DNA of 64,000 nucleotides from Lingula anatina (Eukaryota; Animalia; Brachiopoda), in assembly GCA_051362555.1 (NCBI GenBank), contig CM120643.1:2046001-2110000 (forward strand), given 5' to 3'. Within the stretch, counting starts at the first letter, position 1. Each line of letters begins with the position of its first letter. Positions 52,131-63,365 of the stretch are shown here, in pieces. The notes below the pieces were generated by a model, which was not told the origin of the DNA, searched no databases, and saw only the letters and a program-made list of their open reading frames with translations. The translations under genes were made by a program, and so were the position numbers.

Positions 52131-55100
52131 TTATTTGGTACAATCGCAACCCAAAGGTTGAAGTTTTACAGTTTATCATAAATAAAATCATACGGGTATT
52201 TACAAGTAACTCAAAATTATAAACTAAAGACCAATGCTTTAAAACAAGACAATTTGGAGCAGAATTATTTTTGAATAAAATCTAAAAGACTGCATTATAA
52301 AGGATGATTTAAAACGCGCCGTTTTCATTCTTGGCATTAAAAATTTGTTGCCGACACTGATATTTCTTGGATTCTTTTCTTTAAAGGGATAATATCTCTT
52401 CGTATGAAATCTATATTTCACAATTGAAACATTGTGAATAACTCATAGAAATATAATATATCCTGTTTTACGACGAAAACAGCAGTTATAGCTATTATTC
52501 TGATATCTGAGCTTGTCTCCAGATCACGTGACCTCCATTGATGGCTATACTCTGTTATAATCTCTTAAGAGATTAAACAAAAAAGCAAACTTTTTAGAAA
52601 AAAAAAAAAAAAAAAAAAAAACAGGGACTAAATTTGAATGTAAAAATGGATTCATTAACCATTGGTAAGTATGGGAAAATTGTTGTTTACTCCAGGAATG
52701 TTCATTTTTTGACTAAAACGAAAAGTTATTATCCCTTTAAACAGATGGTGTAACTTATTAAAATTCTTGATTTTTGTAAAATAGTTCTTAAATAAAACGT
52801 CTCTTATCTCCCTCAGGTGAGATAACTAGCCTGTAGGGCATCCTTGTAAGTATAAAATGGGTAAATAATTCTAAGAGCTCTCCTTTGAACAGTCTCTAAG
52901 CATTCACATTGTTCGGCTGTAAGACCAGGGGCCAATTTCATAAAAGCATTCTAACTTAGAATGATAATAGGACTTAGAATGATTCTAAATCCCTAGTTGC
53001 ATACTTGTTAGCAATCAACTAATTTCGATTCCATAAAACCATACTAAGAAGAATTCTTACTAATTACTTGCTAAGGTTTGGCTAGAATGGTGTCTTCATA
53101 GGAAAACCGCAAAAACACAGGGTCAAGTTGGCCAAACAATAGGCAGTGACAGGGTGAAAGTTGAACTGAGTGCAGGCTGAGGGAAGTACTGGTCAAAGCA
53201 TTCCCATGTATTCTATAAAAGCACTATATAGAAAGTGGTCAAAATGACAACTTCAGCTTCAGGGAAGAGACAACGAAAGCCGAATTATTTGACACAAGAA
53301 AATCTCTTCATAGCCGAATCCTTTGATGAATTTAAGGACACATTAGATAGTCAACACAAGGATGCTAACACCAATGCTAGGAAAAATAAAGCTTGGGAAA
53401 GCATCCTGAATCAGCACAAGGCAAGGTATCCTAATGTGTCGATCTCTGTTTTTGTAATCCTTGCTACAAGAGCATTTGATACATGATGAATCGTACGCCA
53501 AGCAGTTTGCTGGGACACTTGCAAATGCCCGTTGCATAGTATTGCAAAGCTATCATTACCTGCTGGCATGGCAATAAGGCAAGATGTCTCCTGGAAGGGT
53601 GGGTAATGTAATTTTTGACGATGTCAGTTCTCAGAAAACTTCTCTGGAAAATCTGTATCTTTTTACAAGTTCCACATCATCACAAATGTCAAACGGATTC
53701 CTTCTATCCCGAACCACTCGTTCCCACCGCATTGCTCTGCGGAGTTCCACAATTTCTAAAATTCTGCCATTCTTACACCTCGGTATGAGGTATGAGTAGA
53801 AATGAGTTAGAATGATACTAGTGATTTAGAAGACAGCCAGACCTACTCTAACTTTAGCATGAAACTTAGAACTATACTAGACTTAGAATGGTTTTATGGA
53901 ATAGAGTGAGTATGCAACTAGAGATAGAATGAAGTTCAGCAACCAACTAGGGCTTAGAATGCTTTTATAGAATTGGCCCAGGCCCCCACACAGGGCATGC
54001 ATATTCTAGGACTGATCTAAATATTGATTGATATATAACTATTAGATCCTCAGTGGCCAGATTTGCCCTTTTCAACTGCCGGAGATAAGAAAAAAACTTG
54101 GCACAAGACTTGGAATAAATTAACTGCACATGTTCTGTCCACTTGAGATCAGGGGTCAGAGTTACTCCTAGTAGCTTAAATTTACTCACCTTTTCGACTA
54201 TTTCTCCATCTACCAATAGTGTTAGGATGGTATCTATACATTTGGTAAAGTTAAAATCCATACATTTTGTCTTCTTTACGTTCAATTTCATATTGTTTTT
54301 TCTAACCCGATTTTCAAGTTGCTCTATTGCCTGTGGAAGTAGTGACTTTTGGCCAAACTGATATATTTCATAAATAGATGTGTCATCAACAAATTTTATA
54401 TCTGGGCAGCAGGTTTTTAGATCATTTATCATTGCTATAAACAAGATTGGACCTAACTTTGTCCCCTGAGGTACCCCTCCGTTAAGCTGGACCCAGTCAG
54501 ATTTACACTGACCACATTTCACTCTCTGATATCTTTGGCATAAAAAGGAGTAAATCCACTTCCTAATAAACTCTGAAATCCCTTGACTGCCCAGTTTTTC
54601 AATTAAGATGCTGTCAAACGCCTTAGAAAAATCTAAAAATAAAACTAAGATTTGGTTTTAGCAGGTGGTTCAGGACCTTCTAGTATTTTGTGAGTCAGCT
54701 GTACTAGAGCGTGGGTAGTAGAGCTATTTTTGACTACTCCAAATTGGGACCTATCAATTTGCAGGCCACCCATCACCCATTTTGCCACAAATGACTCTAA
54801 TTTTTACCCAACACTGGTGTAAGCGATATTGGTCTAAGATCAGCCTCTATCACGTTTGGTTGGTTAATTTTGAAATGTATAAAGAGTGCTATTTAAACTT
54901 ATAAATATTATATAATTAAAGTAGATCAAAGTCGATCAAAATCTATAAACAGATATGGAAATGGTTTGAAACGATACCGAGAGCTGGGGGGTGGGGTCCT
55001 TTTTTGTCCGCCTATTAAATGCTAGTGAGGGTGACAAATATTTTGACAATCACAGCTTTTGGATATCCTGTATTTTTTCTTTTGTAATATTTTTTTTAAA

Positions 55101-56347
55101 TTCTGTCGTAAGTGAACGTGAATACTAAGGGCATTTCCTGTGTCCGTGTCTGGATCGTTCTATCGCCGGCTATATTCTGTTTTAAAACAGGTTGTGGTTG
55201 ACCTGAGTCGCTATGTTTTGACGGCATTTTCAGTTTTATACCATTGGTCATTCAGTCACAAAACTTATCAATAAAGAAGTTTTTCTTCTTTTCAGATTCC
55301 TTTTTTGATATATTGTTTCTTGCGTACAGGTTGCATTCACCTTTAATGAGATCATTTAATGCTGACGGTGGACAATTATGGAGGTACTGGAATGTATCCA
55401 AATTAGTGTTCCTTTATCATTCAAGTTGCCCCTGTCCATTTCAGCGCCAATCCCCCCTTGTGAATGTCATGCGCATGGTGATGTCCGTTATGTTACGTGT
55501 GATGGAAAAAGCCTTCAAATTTGACACCCCACCCACCGATATAGGTGTAATGGCAAAGCCCATAATAAGCTGGCTTTGGTATATAATAACAGAACAAGAA
55601 TTCTTTGATGGCGGTCCGAAGACTCGTCTGGCATCAGTGAAATTCAAGGCCTTTTTTTACTTCGTGAAAATTGAGTACAAAAAGACTATCGATCCAGATG
55701 GACTGTACAAAATAACGGTAAGTTTTCTCTTCCTCTGCTCTCTCTCTCTCTCTGTCAGGCCACTTAGTGTACTGCTCCCAATAGGTAAGCACTCGATGGT
55801 TGTCATAACGGGGTATAATAGACACTGATAATGATGTTCAGTGTAATCTTATTAGGTATATTTTTTTTGTTACCGTTTGCACTCAGTTCAAATGACCGCT
55901 CTTGTTTGTTTGTTCGTTTGATTGTGAAACACATAAAAATTGACTTTTTCGGTATAGATCACAAATAGCACAAGGACGTAATGATTAGAATTGGTAATGA
56001 ACCAGTAATGAATAATAATAAATTAATGAATATATTAATCATGTTCATATTTTAATGAAATAGGTAAAGAGGTAGGTAAGAAATTGGCCACTTTCATAAA
56101 AAATTAGGAGAGGTCAGAAATGGACAAAGATAGAAATGGGAAGATTTGGTGATGATCCATTAATGAATTAATTAATTAATTAATTAATTAATTAATTAAT
56201 TGATTAATTATTACTTTATTATTTGTCTTGGCGGAGGTTGCGCTATCTGAGCCCTTTTCTGATTATAAATTAAATGCTTATTATTTTGGTAAGAGAACTA
56301 TATCGGGATTTTGCATTGCAGGTCAGAAACGAATTTTTTGTCCGGTG

Positions 56348-56378
<31 letters not shown>

Positions 56379-56755
56379 TTATTATGGCATGATAACACTA
56401 TCGGGATTTTGTCTCATTGCAGGTGGCAGCTGAATTTGCACAAGTTCCGCCGATAGCGGTTTTTCAAGGAAGTCTTAATTCCGATACTGTAGGTGGTGTG
56501 ATCTACGAGGGGCACGGTTTTAAGATCTCCGTAATTAAGATTGGCGATGATTGGTACATTGAGGTGCGTTGCACGCTCTGGCCAGCCGTCCTGTTTGACA
56601 TTCGGATACTTGTGGCTCGACATTGTCTCCAGATTCGCATTCCTCCGGTCTGGCGATTCATCATGACAGGGACATGTGGAAATTGGGACGGATTACCAGG
56701 AAACGATGCAGAGATTCCACAGCTTAAAGCTATACCGTTTAGGGGATTCCCTTAA
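51655..56755 (+). CDS. Secreted single-VWD protein copy B2 (3 exons; +1 frameshift in an A5 run: pseudogene or sequence error)
   Basis: Exons 51655-51835 (MTGQGGVAVLLIIALKTVTSVTGA signal, then FTPEEEAQRDNAT; phase 1), 55445-55717 (CECHAHGDVRYVTCDG, extra A at 55506-55510, then KAFKFDTPPTDIGVM..QEFFDGGPKTR; phase 0) and 56423-56755 (MTGTCGNWDGLPGND). Confidence 0.78.
52385..52736. mobile_element. Kolobok-type MITE, copy 2 (inverted relative to 21207-21546), nested in the LINE
   Basis: TTAA|AGGGATAATA...TATTATCCCT|TTAA. The internal sequence is the reverse complement of copy 1. Confidence 0.8.
52929..53978. mobile_element. Internally deleted PIF/Harbinger transposon nested in the LINE
   Basis: ~26-bp TIRs (GGGCCAATTTCATAAAAGCATTCTAA) with a CAG-type TSD. 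Plus strand has a Myb/SANT-like start (RKPNY..E..KNKAWESI, 53235-53486). Minus strand has a HARBI1-like N-terminus RRAMRWERVVRDRRNPFDICDDVELVKRYRFSRE (~53630-53770). Confidence 0.85.
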
Positions 56756-57544
56756 CCGCAAACGACGCCGATGACGTAAGTGGATTGAATTTTGTCTGGA
56801 ATGTGTATAACTTATACACACAAGATTGATGAAGTAACTCTCTTTCTCTCTCTCTCTCATATTTTACACACAACTAAACAGATTTGAAACCATTAATTTT
56901 GTATCCTGATTTTTCAGCCATTTGTTCTCCCTTACATAAAAAATTACCTCTACTGAAATAATGACAGACACCGGCAAATATATAATCTTTGCTTCATTTT
57001 TCTTTAAACCAGGATGTTACTCGGTGATCCATGGCGTGATGAGCAACCAATCAACCAACCAACCAACCAACTCTCTACAAAGTGTGTCTTCTTTCTTCAG
57101 TCAGTGACGTTCATGTGGAACAAGGGAAGCGCTGGACGCCATTTCATGTTTCACAGCCGTATACTTGGACACAGGTTTACTACTGACCATGTCACTTAGA
57201 CTTTTAAATCCCTATTCCCATGAAATATTTCTATCTGTTGACTAACAAATTGAGAAAATCCGATTATTTGACTCACTCACTTATTTTTCTTTGGTGAATG
57301 TCCATTGGAGAGTCGAAAATCAACAAAAAGAACAGAATCATGGACAATGAAACTGAAATTTGTGGGGGTGGGACGGCACGTGGGAAAAGATTTAAGAGAA
57401 TCGGCCCGTGCAAATCATACAGCTAACAAATGCAGTCGCCGCCAGCAGGCAACACAACTGTGAAATAATTGTTGATTTATTTTAAAATCTAGATTATATT
57501 GTTGATGTTAGTGTGTGCTGCTATTTTATCAAGGACTATCGTAG

Positions 57545-57757
57545 ACCCCATTTCCAGCGATTAGATCGATCTACTTTAGATAGACCTAACTCCCTGGGGG
57601 TTCACGCTAAATAGCTGTCAGCCGGGCGAACACGAAAGTTAATTACCCACTTACAGCTTGTAGTAGGCGGGACGGACATTTAAGCCGGGTTATCTGACAG
57701 TAATCTAGTGAGACTCCCCGCGGGGATAGATCGATCTAAAAGCTCTGGGATTACAGC
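57545..57757. mobile_element. Small MITE
   Basis: Inverted ends contain TTAGATCGATCTA. It is absent from the homologous segment near 14955. A related terminus lies at ~25005-25055. Confidence 0.55.
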
Positions 57758-58754
57758 CGTAGATTCAGATTGTGTTTGGTAAGTCTCATCTAACGCAATG
57801 ACCCCCGCCGTGCGTATACAAGGTACCACAATCTGTGCCAAGACTCTTTAAACACATCTGTTTCAATTAATTCTCAGATAAGGCATTCGGTAGGCATGGG
57901 AAATTATTAATGCAGATAAATCAGAAAAGATACTTAAATCACACGAAGGTGATTTCAGCAGTGATCGGATGAGAAAGTCGTTCGTCTGGCGTTTAAACAA
58001 ACATCATATATTATAAGAAACATTTTGAGATATGCTATTTACTTAATGTGTTAACTATTTAAAATAATTTATTTAAGCTATGTAAGTCTTGGTTGTGACT
58101 TTTTAAAATAATTCAACTGGATGTTTAATAAACAGGGTCTAAAAGTTTAAAAAATATGACTGGTTTTGTTCCTCAGCGTTTTATTCTTTTATCCAATCTG
58201 CCGTAACTATAAGCTTCCGTTGCCACTGATACAATTTAACCCGTTATTGTTTGCTCGTGTCCATAGCAATCTCTTTAAAGATAAGATAGAGTAGTGTGAG
58301 GAGGGCTTTATTATTTTCGTTTTTTGCTCTTCTTTTTTACTGAAAATTTCTTCTTTGCGGTCATTTCATTAAAGTGATGCTTAAAAGTTTAACTTTTTGC
58401 ACTTGAACTTTTTTTCGATTCATTTTGCTATATGCTTTTAACTGGCTGCGCACCGTTGAATTTATGAATAAGTTATAATAACATCTGAGGGGGCAACGGG
58501 CACGTGCCCTGCCCTATAGCTTCTGAGCTATCTCTTCATACTCTTTTAAAAGCGAACTAAAAGACAAAAAAGAAACATTTTTCTGTCAAAATGCACTATT
58601 TTTTCCAACCTCTATTTGTAATTTTTCATGCTTGTTACTCCCCTCATCCAAGCCCTTGCTTACCAAAAGAAAAAATACAATCTCCCAGAGAACCAGTGCT
58701 GAAACCAGTGCCGATGTTTTGGAATATCTGGTTAAACTTTGAACGATAGGTGCT

Positions 58755-58757
<3 letters not shown>

Positions 58758-58824
<67 letters not shown>
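58758..58824. repeat. (AT)n microsatellite
   Basis: Read directly from the sequence. Confidence 0.95.
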
Positions 58825-58829
<5 letters not shown>

Positions 58830-59980
58830 TTTAATCAAAAAATATTAACGGAAATTCCTCATATTTCCCCTATATAACATAATCAAAACATACTACAGAT
58901 ATTTGATATCAATGATACCATTTAATAACGGTTTTAAGCCACAAGCACGGCGAAACGAATTGAAGAGAAATATAAATCAAAAATTAAAACGACAAATACA
59001 TTTTGAAGCTATTGTCACTACATCGTACCCAATTTAAATCACGTGTCCACTGTACTGCACCAGGTGAACGTCATCAAAACCTGTGCAAATTATTTCTAAA
59101 AGTACCAGAAGTACGAATACATTGCATTTCTCTTAAGTGCCAAATGTGTTTTTCTCTCTGATGGTCAGTCTTGTGTTTGAGATTTCTCCGAATTTGTTTA
59201 CATTCACGAAATAATGTCATATACCTGTTACGGCAAAAAATGATTAAAAACTGATTAATTCAACCTCTTTGCACTTTGACCACTGCCAAAATTAAAACAA
59301 ACAAAAAAATTGAATCGTTATCGTAAAACCGAAAGAATAGCGTGCACCCCCCAAATTTCAATTTCATTGTCCATGATTCCGTTCCTTTTGTGGATTATCG
59401 ACTCTCCCATGGACATTCACCAAAGAACAATAAGTGAGTGAGTCAAAAATCAGCTTTTCTCAGTTCTGTTAGTAGATTCACCGTGAATAGTGTTTGAAAA
59501 GTTTAAGTGACATGGTCCGTAGTAATCCAAGTCAACGGCTGTGGAACATGAAATGGCGTCCAGCGCTTCCCGTGTTCCACGTGAAGATCACTGACTGGAG
59601 AAAGAAGGCAACAGCGTTGGTTGGTTGATTGGTTCTTTGGTCATCACGCCATGGATCGTCAAGTAACATCCTGGTTTAAAGAGAAATGAGACAAAGATTA
59701 TATTTTATTGCCAGCTTCTTTCATGATTTTTGTAGATGATCGTTGATGTGAGGGAAAACAAAAGACTGAAAAATCAGGATTGAAAATTAATGCTTTCAAA
59801 TCTGATAAGTAGGGTGTGATATAAGTTTTTTTTAGAGAAAAAGCATTTTCTGGGGAATGCCGTGTGTGTGTGCGCGTCTGCGTGTTTATATGTGTGTGTG
59901 TGAGAGAGTAACTTCAGCAATCTATGACTTGCGCGTTTAATTTCCAGACAAAATACAAGCCGCTTACGTCATCAGCGTCG

Positions 59981-60319
59981 TTAGGGGAATCTGGGAAACG
60001 GCTTAGATGTCACCTGTGGGAAGGCGTCAAGAGCGACAACATCGTTCCATGGAAGTCCGTCCCAATCTCCACATATCCCTTCCATGAGGCCAGACCAGAT
60101 CGGAGGAAGGTGAATCTGGAGACAATGTCGGGCTACACGTATCCACATGTCGAACAGGACGGCTGGCAGGTGCGTGCTACGCACCTCAATGTACCAATCG
60201 CCAGCTATCAGAATTACCGCGATTTTAAAACCGCCCTCTGTGTGGATCTCACCTCCTACAGTACCGGGACCAAGGCCCACAAAACCAACCCACAGTACCG
60301 GACCAAATTCCTGTCCAAC
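59981..60319 (-). CDS. Single-VWD protein copy B3: terminal exon, inverted orientation
   Basis: Acceptor TCATTGCAG, then 112 open codons VGQEF..RHCLQIHLPP..MEGICGDWDGLPWND..PRFP*. The upstream intron runs into the BEL/Pao element, so earlier exons, if any, lie beyond the window. Confidence 0.75.
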   Translation of the reverse strand, partial: VGQEFGPVLWVGFVGLGPGTVGGEIHTEGGFKIAVILIAGDWYIEVRSTHLPAVLFDMWIRVARHCLQIHLPPIWSGLMEGICGDWDGLPWNDVVALDAFPQVTSKPFPRFP

Positions 60320-60704
60320 CTGCAATGATGACAAAATCCCGATATCGTTATCTTCCCATAATAATAAGCGTTAAATTCATAACTACATAAGGACTTAGAT
60401 AGCGCAACCTCTACCAAGACGAATAATAAAGTAGTAACAATTAATTCATTAATTATTCATCAAATCGTCTTATTTCTTTTTTGTTCATTTCTTACCTCTC
60501 CTGAAAATTTCATGAAATTGGCCAATTTGTTACCTATTCTGAAACTTAATCATTAAATACTTTACTGGTAAATGGATCATCGGCAAATTCTGATAATTTT
60601 CTTTTGCTCATTACAGACCTATGCTGAAAATTTAATTAAAATCAGTACATAATTATTATTCATTAATGGATCATCATCAAAATCCAATCATTACTTCCTC
60701 ATGT

Positions 60705-63299
60705 AATATGCGAGACAGTCAACCCCAAAACCTGAAAGTGAGTCCAAACTCCCTGTGAGAGACAGCAGTGCTGCAGAGCAAATAAATGAACTGGAGAAAG
60801 CCATAGCCTGTAGTCATGTTAGTAGCAGAAAAACCAAAGTATCAGTCAGCAGTGAGAAGGCCAGGTTAGCAGCAAGAAGAAAACTATTAGAAGTAGAGGC
60901 AGCAGCACTGAAGGCACAGCAGCAGCTAGAAAAGGAGGAGATGGAAATTAAGTTAAAGCGGGAATTGGAAGATCTGCAGATGAGACAGAGGAAGGCAAGT
61001 TTACGTTTAGAGGCAGACATTTCTATCACAGCAGCAGAAGAGGAAGCATTAGAGCAAAAGGCACCAGACAGTTTACTCTCTGCACGCCACAGTAATCAGA
61101 GTATTAGTGATGACCTCACCAGTGAAAACCTTGCTGAACATGATGCAGTTCAACCAAGTTCCCAGAAAGAAGTAAGTGCATGGGTTGAAAGTGTTAAGCC
61201 AGAGGAGTGTGTACCTAGTGCCATTCAGATACAGCGGAGATTAATGGACATTGCACTCTTACCTAAAACAGAGATGAGCAGTTTTGATGGCAACCCACTG
61301 AAATATTGGTCTTTCATACGTACATTTGATAGTGTGGTAGAAAAAGAAACTATTGACTGTGCTTCAAAACTTTTGAGGTTAGTTCAGTATTGTTCTGGAA
61401 AGGCGAAGAAAGTTATGGAATGTTACTTAGCTATGGAGCCAGCCCTGGGGTATAAGAGAGCAAGAGACTTGCTGAAGCAGAGGTTTGGAAACTCTTTTAT
61501 TATACTGAAGCTTGGATAAAGAAAGTATCTGAAGGGCCGTACATAAAACCCAATGATAAGATGGCATTAAGAGACTTTTCTGATGATTTACAAGTATGTT
61601 TAGAAACTTTGAAGGCAAGTGATCATCTCCAAGAAATCAACACCCAGTCAGCACTTGTTAGAATAGTAGCAAAGTTACCAGCTTATCTTCAGTCCAGATG
61701 GAGGAATCAGGTCTTAGGGATACGCAGACAGGACAGACAATCCACTATAGGGGCCCTCTCACAGTTTGTCCAGGATGCAGCTGATGAAGCAAATGACCCA
61801 GTTTATGGTAACCCCTTTGATCAACAGAAAACAGTTCAGAAAAGCAGGCCAAACAGAGGTCAAGACAGGAGCTCCAGTTACAGTGCTACAACATCCAGTT
61901 TCCAGCCGCAGCAGACCACATCTAGGCCAGAGGCTGATAAGATTTGTCTCCGTGCAGTGGCCATCATTCTCTTTTTGGTTGTGATATATTCAAAGGCATG
62001 AAGGTTGAGGATCGCTTCAAATTTGTACGTTCAAACAGGCTGTGTTACAATTGTCTTAACCCTGGTCATGTTGCACAGAAATGCGGTTTAAAAAGAGTCT
62101 GTTCAGTTCCAAACTGCGGAAAAAGACACACAAAATTTCTCCACATGCCAGTGCCAGGTTTCCAAAGAGGAGTCGCAACTAACACACCACAGAGCACCTC
62201 TAACACAACCCAAGGTAGCAGTGGTTACATAGGTCAAGTATCCCATCCAAGCAACATGATGAGCCATAACAGAGTTGTTTTACCCATAGTTCCTGTGACA
62301 GTCAGAGGAGTCGACTCTCCAATTGAGGTAACAACATATGCTCTTCTTGATAGTGGATCTACCCATTCATTTTGCTCTGTCGAACTATGTAGAAGGCTAC
62401 AGATTAGAAGCACCACCAGCACCACTATGTCATTAACCACACCTGAAAGGGCCAACAGTAAAGCGGAGGCTTCAGTGGTGAGCTTGGAAGTCAAACAAGT
62501 TGGAGGAAGTGATAAAGTGTTACTACCACGTGTATTCACCAGAACACGGCTGCCAGTCAACATAGAACACATGGCAACACCCACAGGCATAAGGCAGTGG
62601 TCACACCTCAAGGATCTGCAAATACCGCCTGTAGATGTTAAGGATGGACCAGTGCCAATGGACAACTGCCAAGCCAGGACAAAGGAGCCTAAAGTGACAT
62701 CAAACCTTCTACCATTAGAAGATCAGGTCGCAAAATTTTGGAAAGTTGAAGACATAGATGATCTTACTGATGAGAAGGCCATGTCATACAATGATAAGAA
62801 GACACTAAGTATGTGGGAAGAAACCTTGCAGCAGAATGAAGATCTTCATTATGAAGTTTCTATTCCATTCAGAAAAAAGACCACCAACATTGTCCAATAA
62901 TCTTCAGATAGCCCAGCAGCGACTAGGAAATCTGCAGAAAAAGTTGACAAAAGACCCAGTTTTGAAACAAAACTATTGTTGCTACATGAAAGATATGTTA
63001 GAATGTGGATATGCAGAGAAAACACCTTTCTCAACTGAACAAAATGACATGCCTACTTGGTATTTACCTCACCATTCAGTGATAAATCCCAGAAAACCAG
63101 AGAAAACAAGAGTTGTATTTGACTGCTCAGCAAAATACAAAGGGACTTCCTTGAATGAACAAGTATACCAGGGGCCGGATCTAACTAACAGTCTACTAGG
63201 AGTCCTACTTAGACTCAGAGAAGAGCCAGTGGCAATAATGGCAGACATACAGTCCATGTTCCATCAAGTAAAAGTTCCCCCCAGTGAGAGAAGTGTGTT

Positions 63300-63365
<66 letters not shown>

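Larger units (their letters stand above)
52085..54873 (-). mobile_element. 5'-truncated LINE (CR1/L2-group) in intron 1 of B2, interrupted by two nested insertions
   Basis: RT motifs DLRPISLT, GVPQGTKLGP, KFVDD, LNVKKTK and LEYACPVW. It resumes after the Harbinger insertion as GLTAEQCECLETVQRRALRII, then the C-terminal KTARFKSSFI and an (ATT)n tail at 52085-52130. Confidence 0.88.

Noticed and set aside
55244-55828. 194-aa ORF as a stand-alone gene
   Set aside because: Only its middle is the post-frameshift part of B2 exon 2; the rest is intron read-through.
6066-56755. One large multi-VWD mucin/FCGBP-like gene
   Set aside because: Each VWD unit ends in a stop codon with its own 3' flank, two units have their own signal exon, and no C8/TIL exons were seen.
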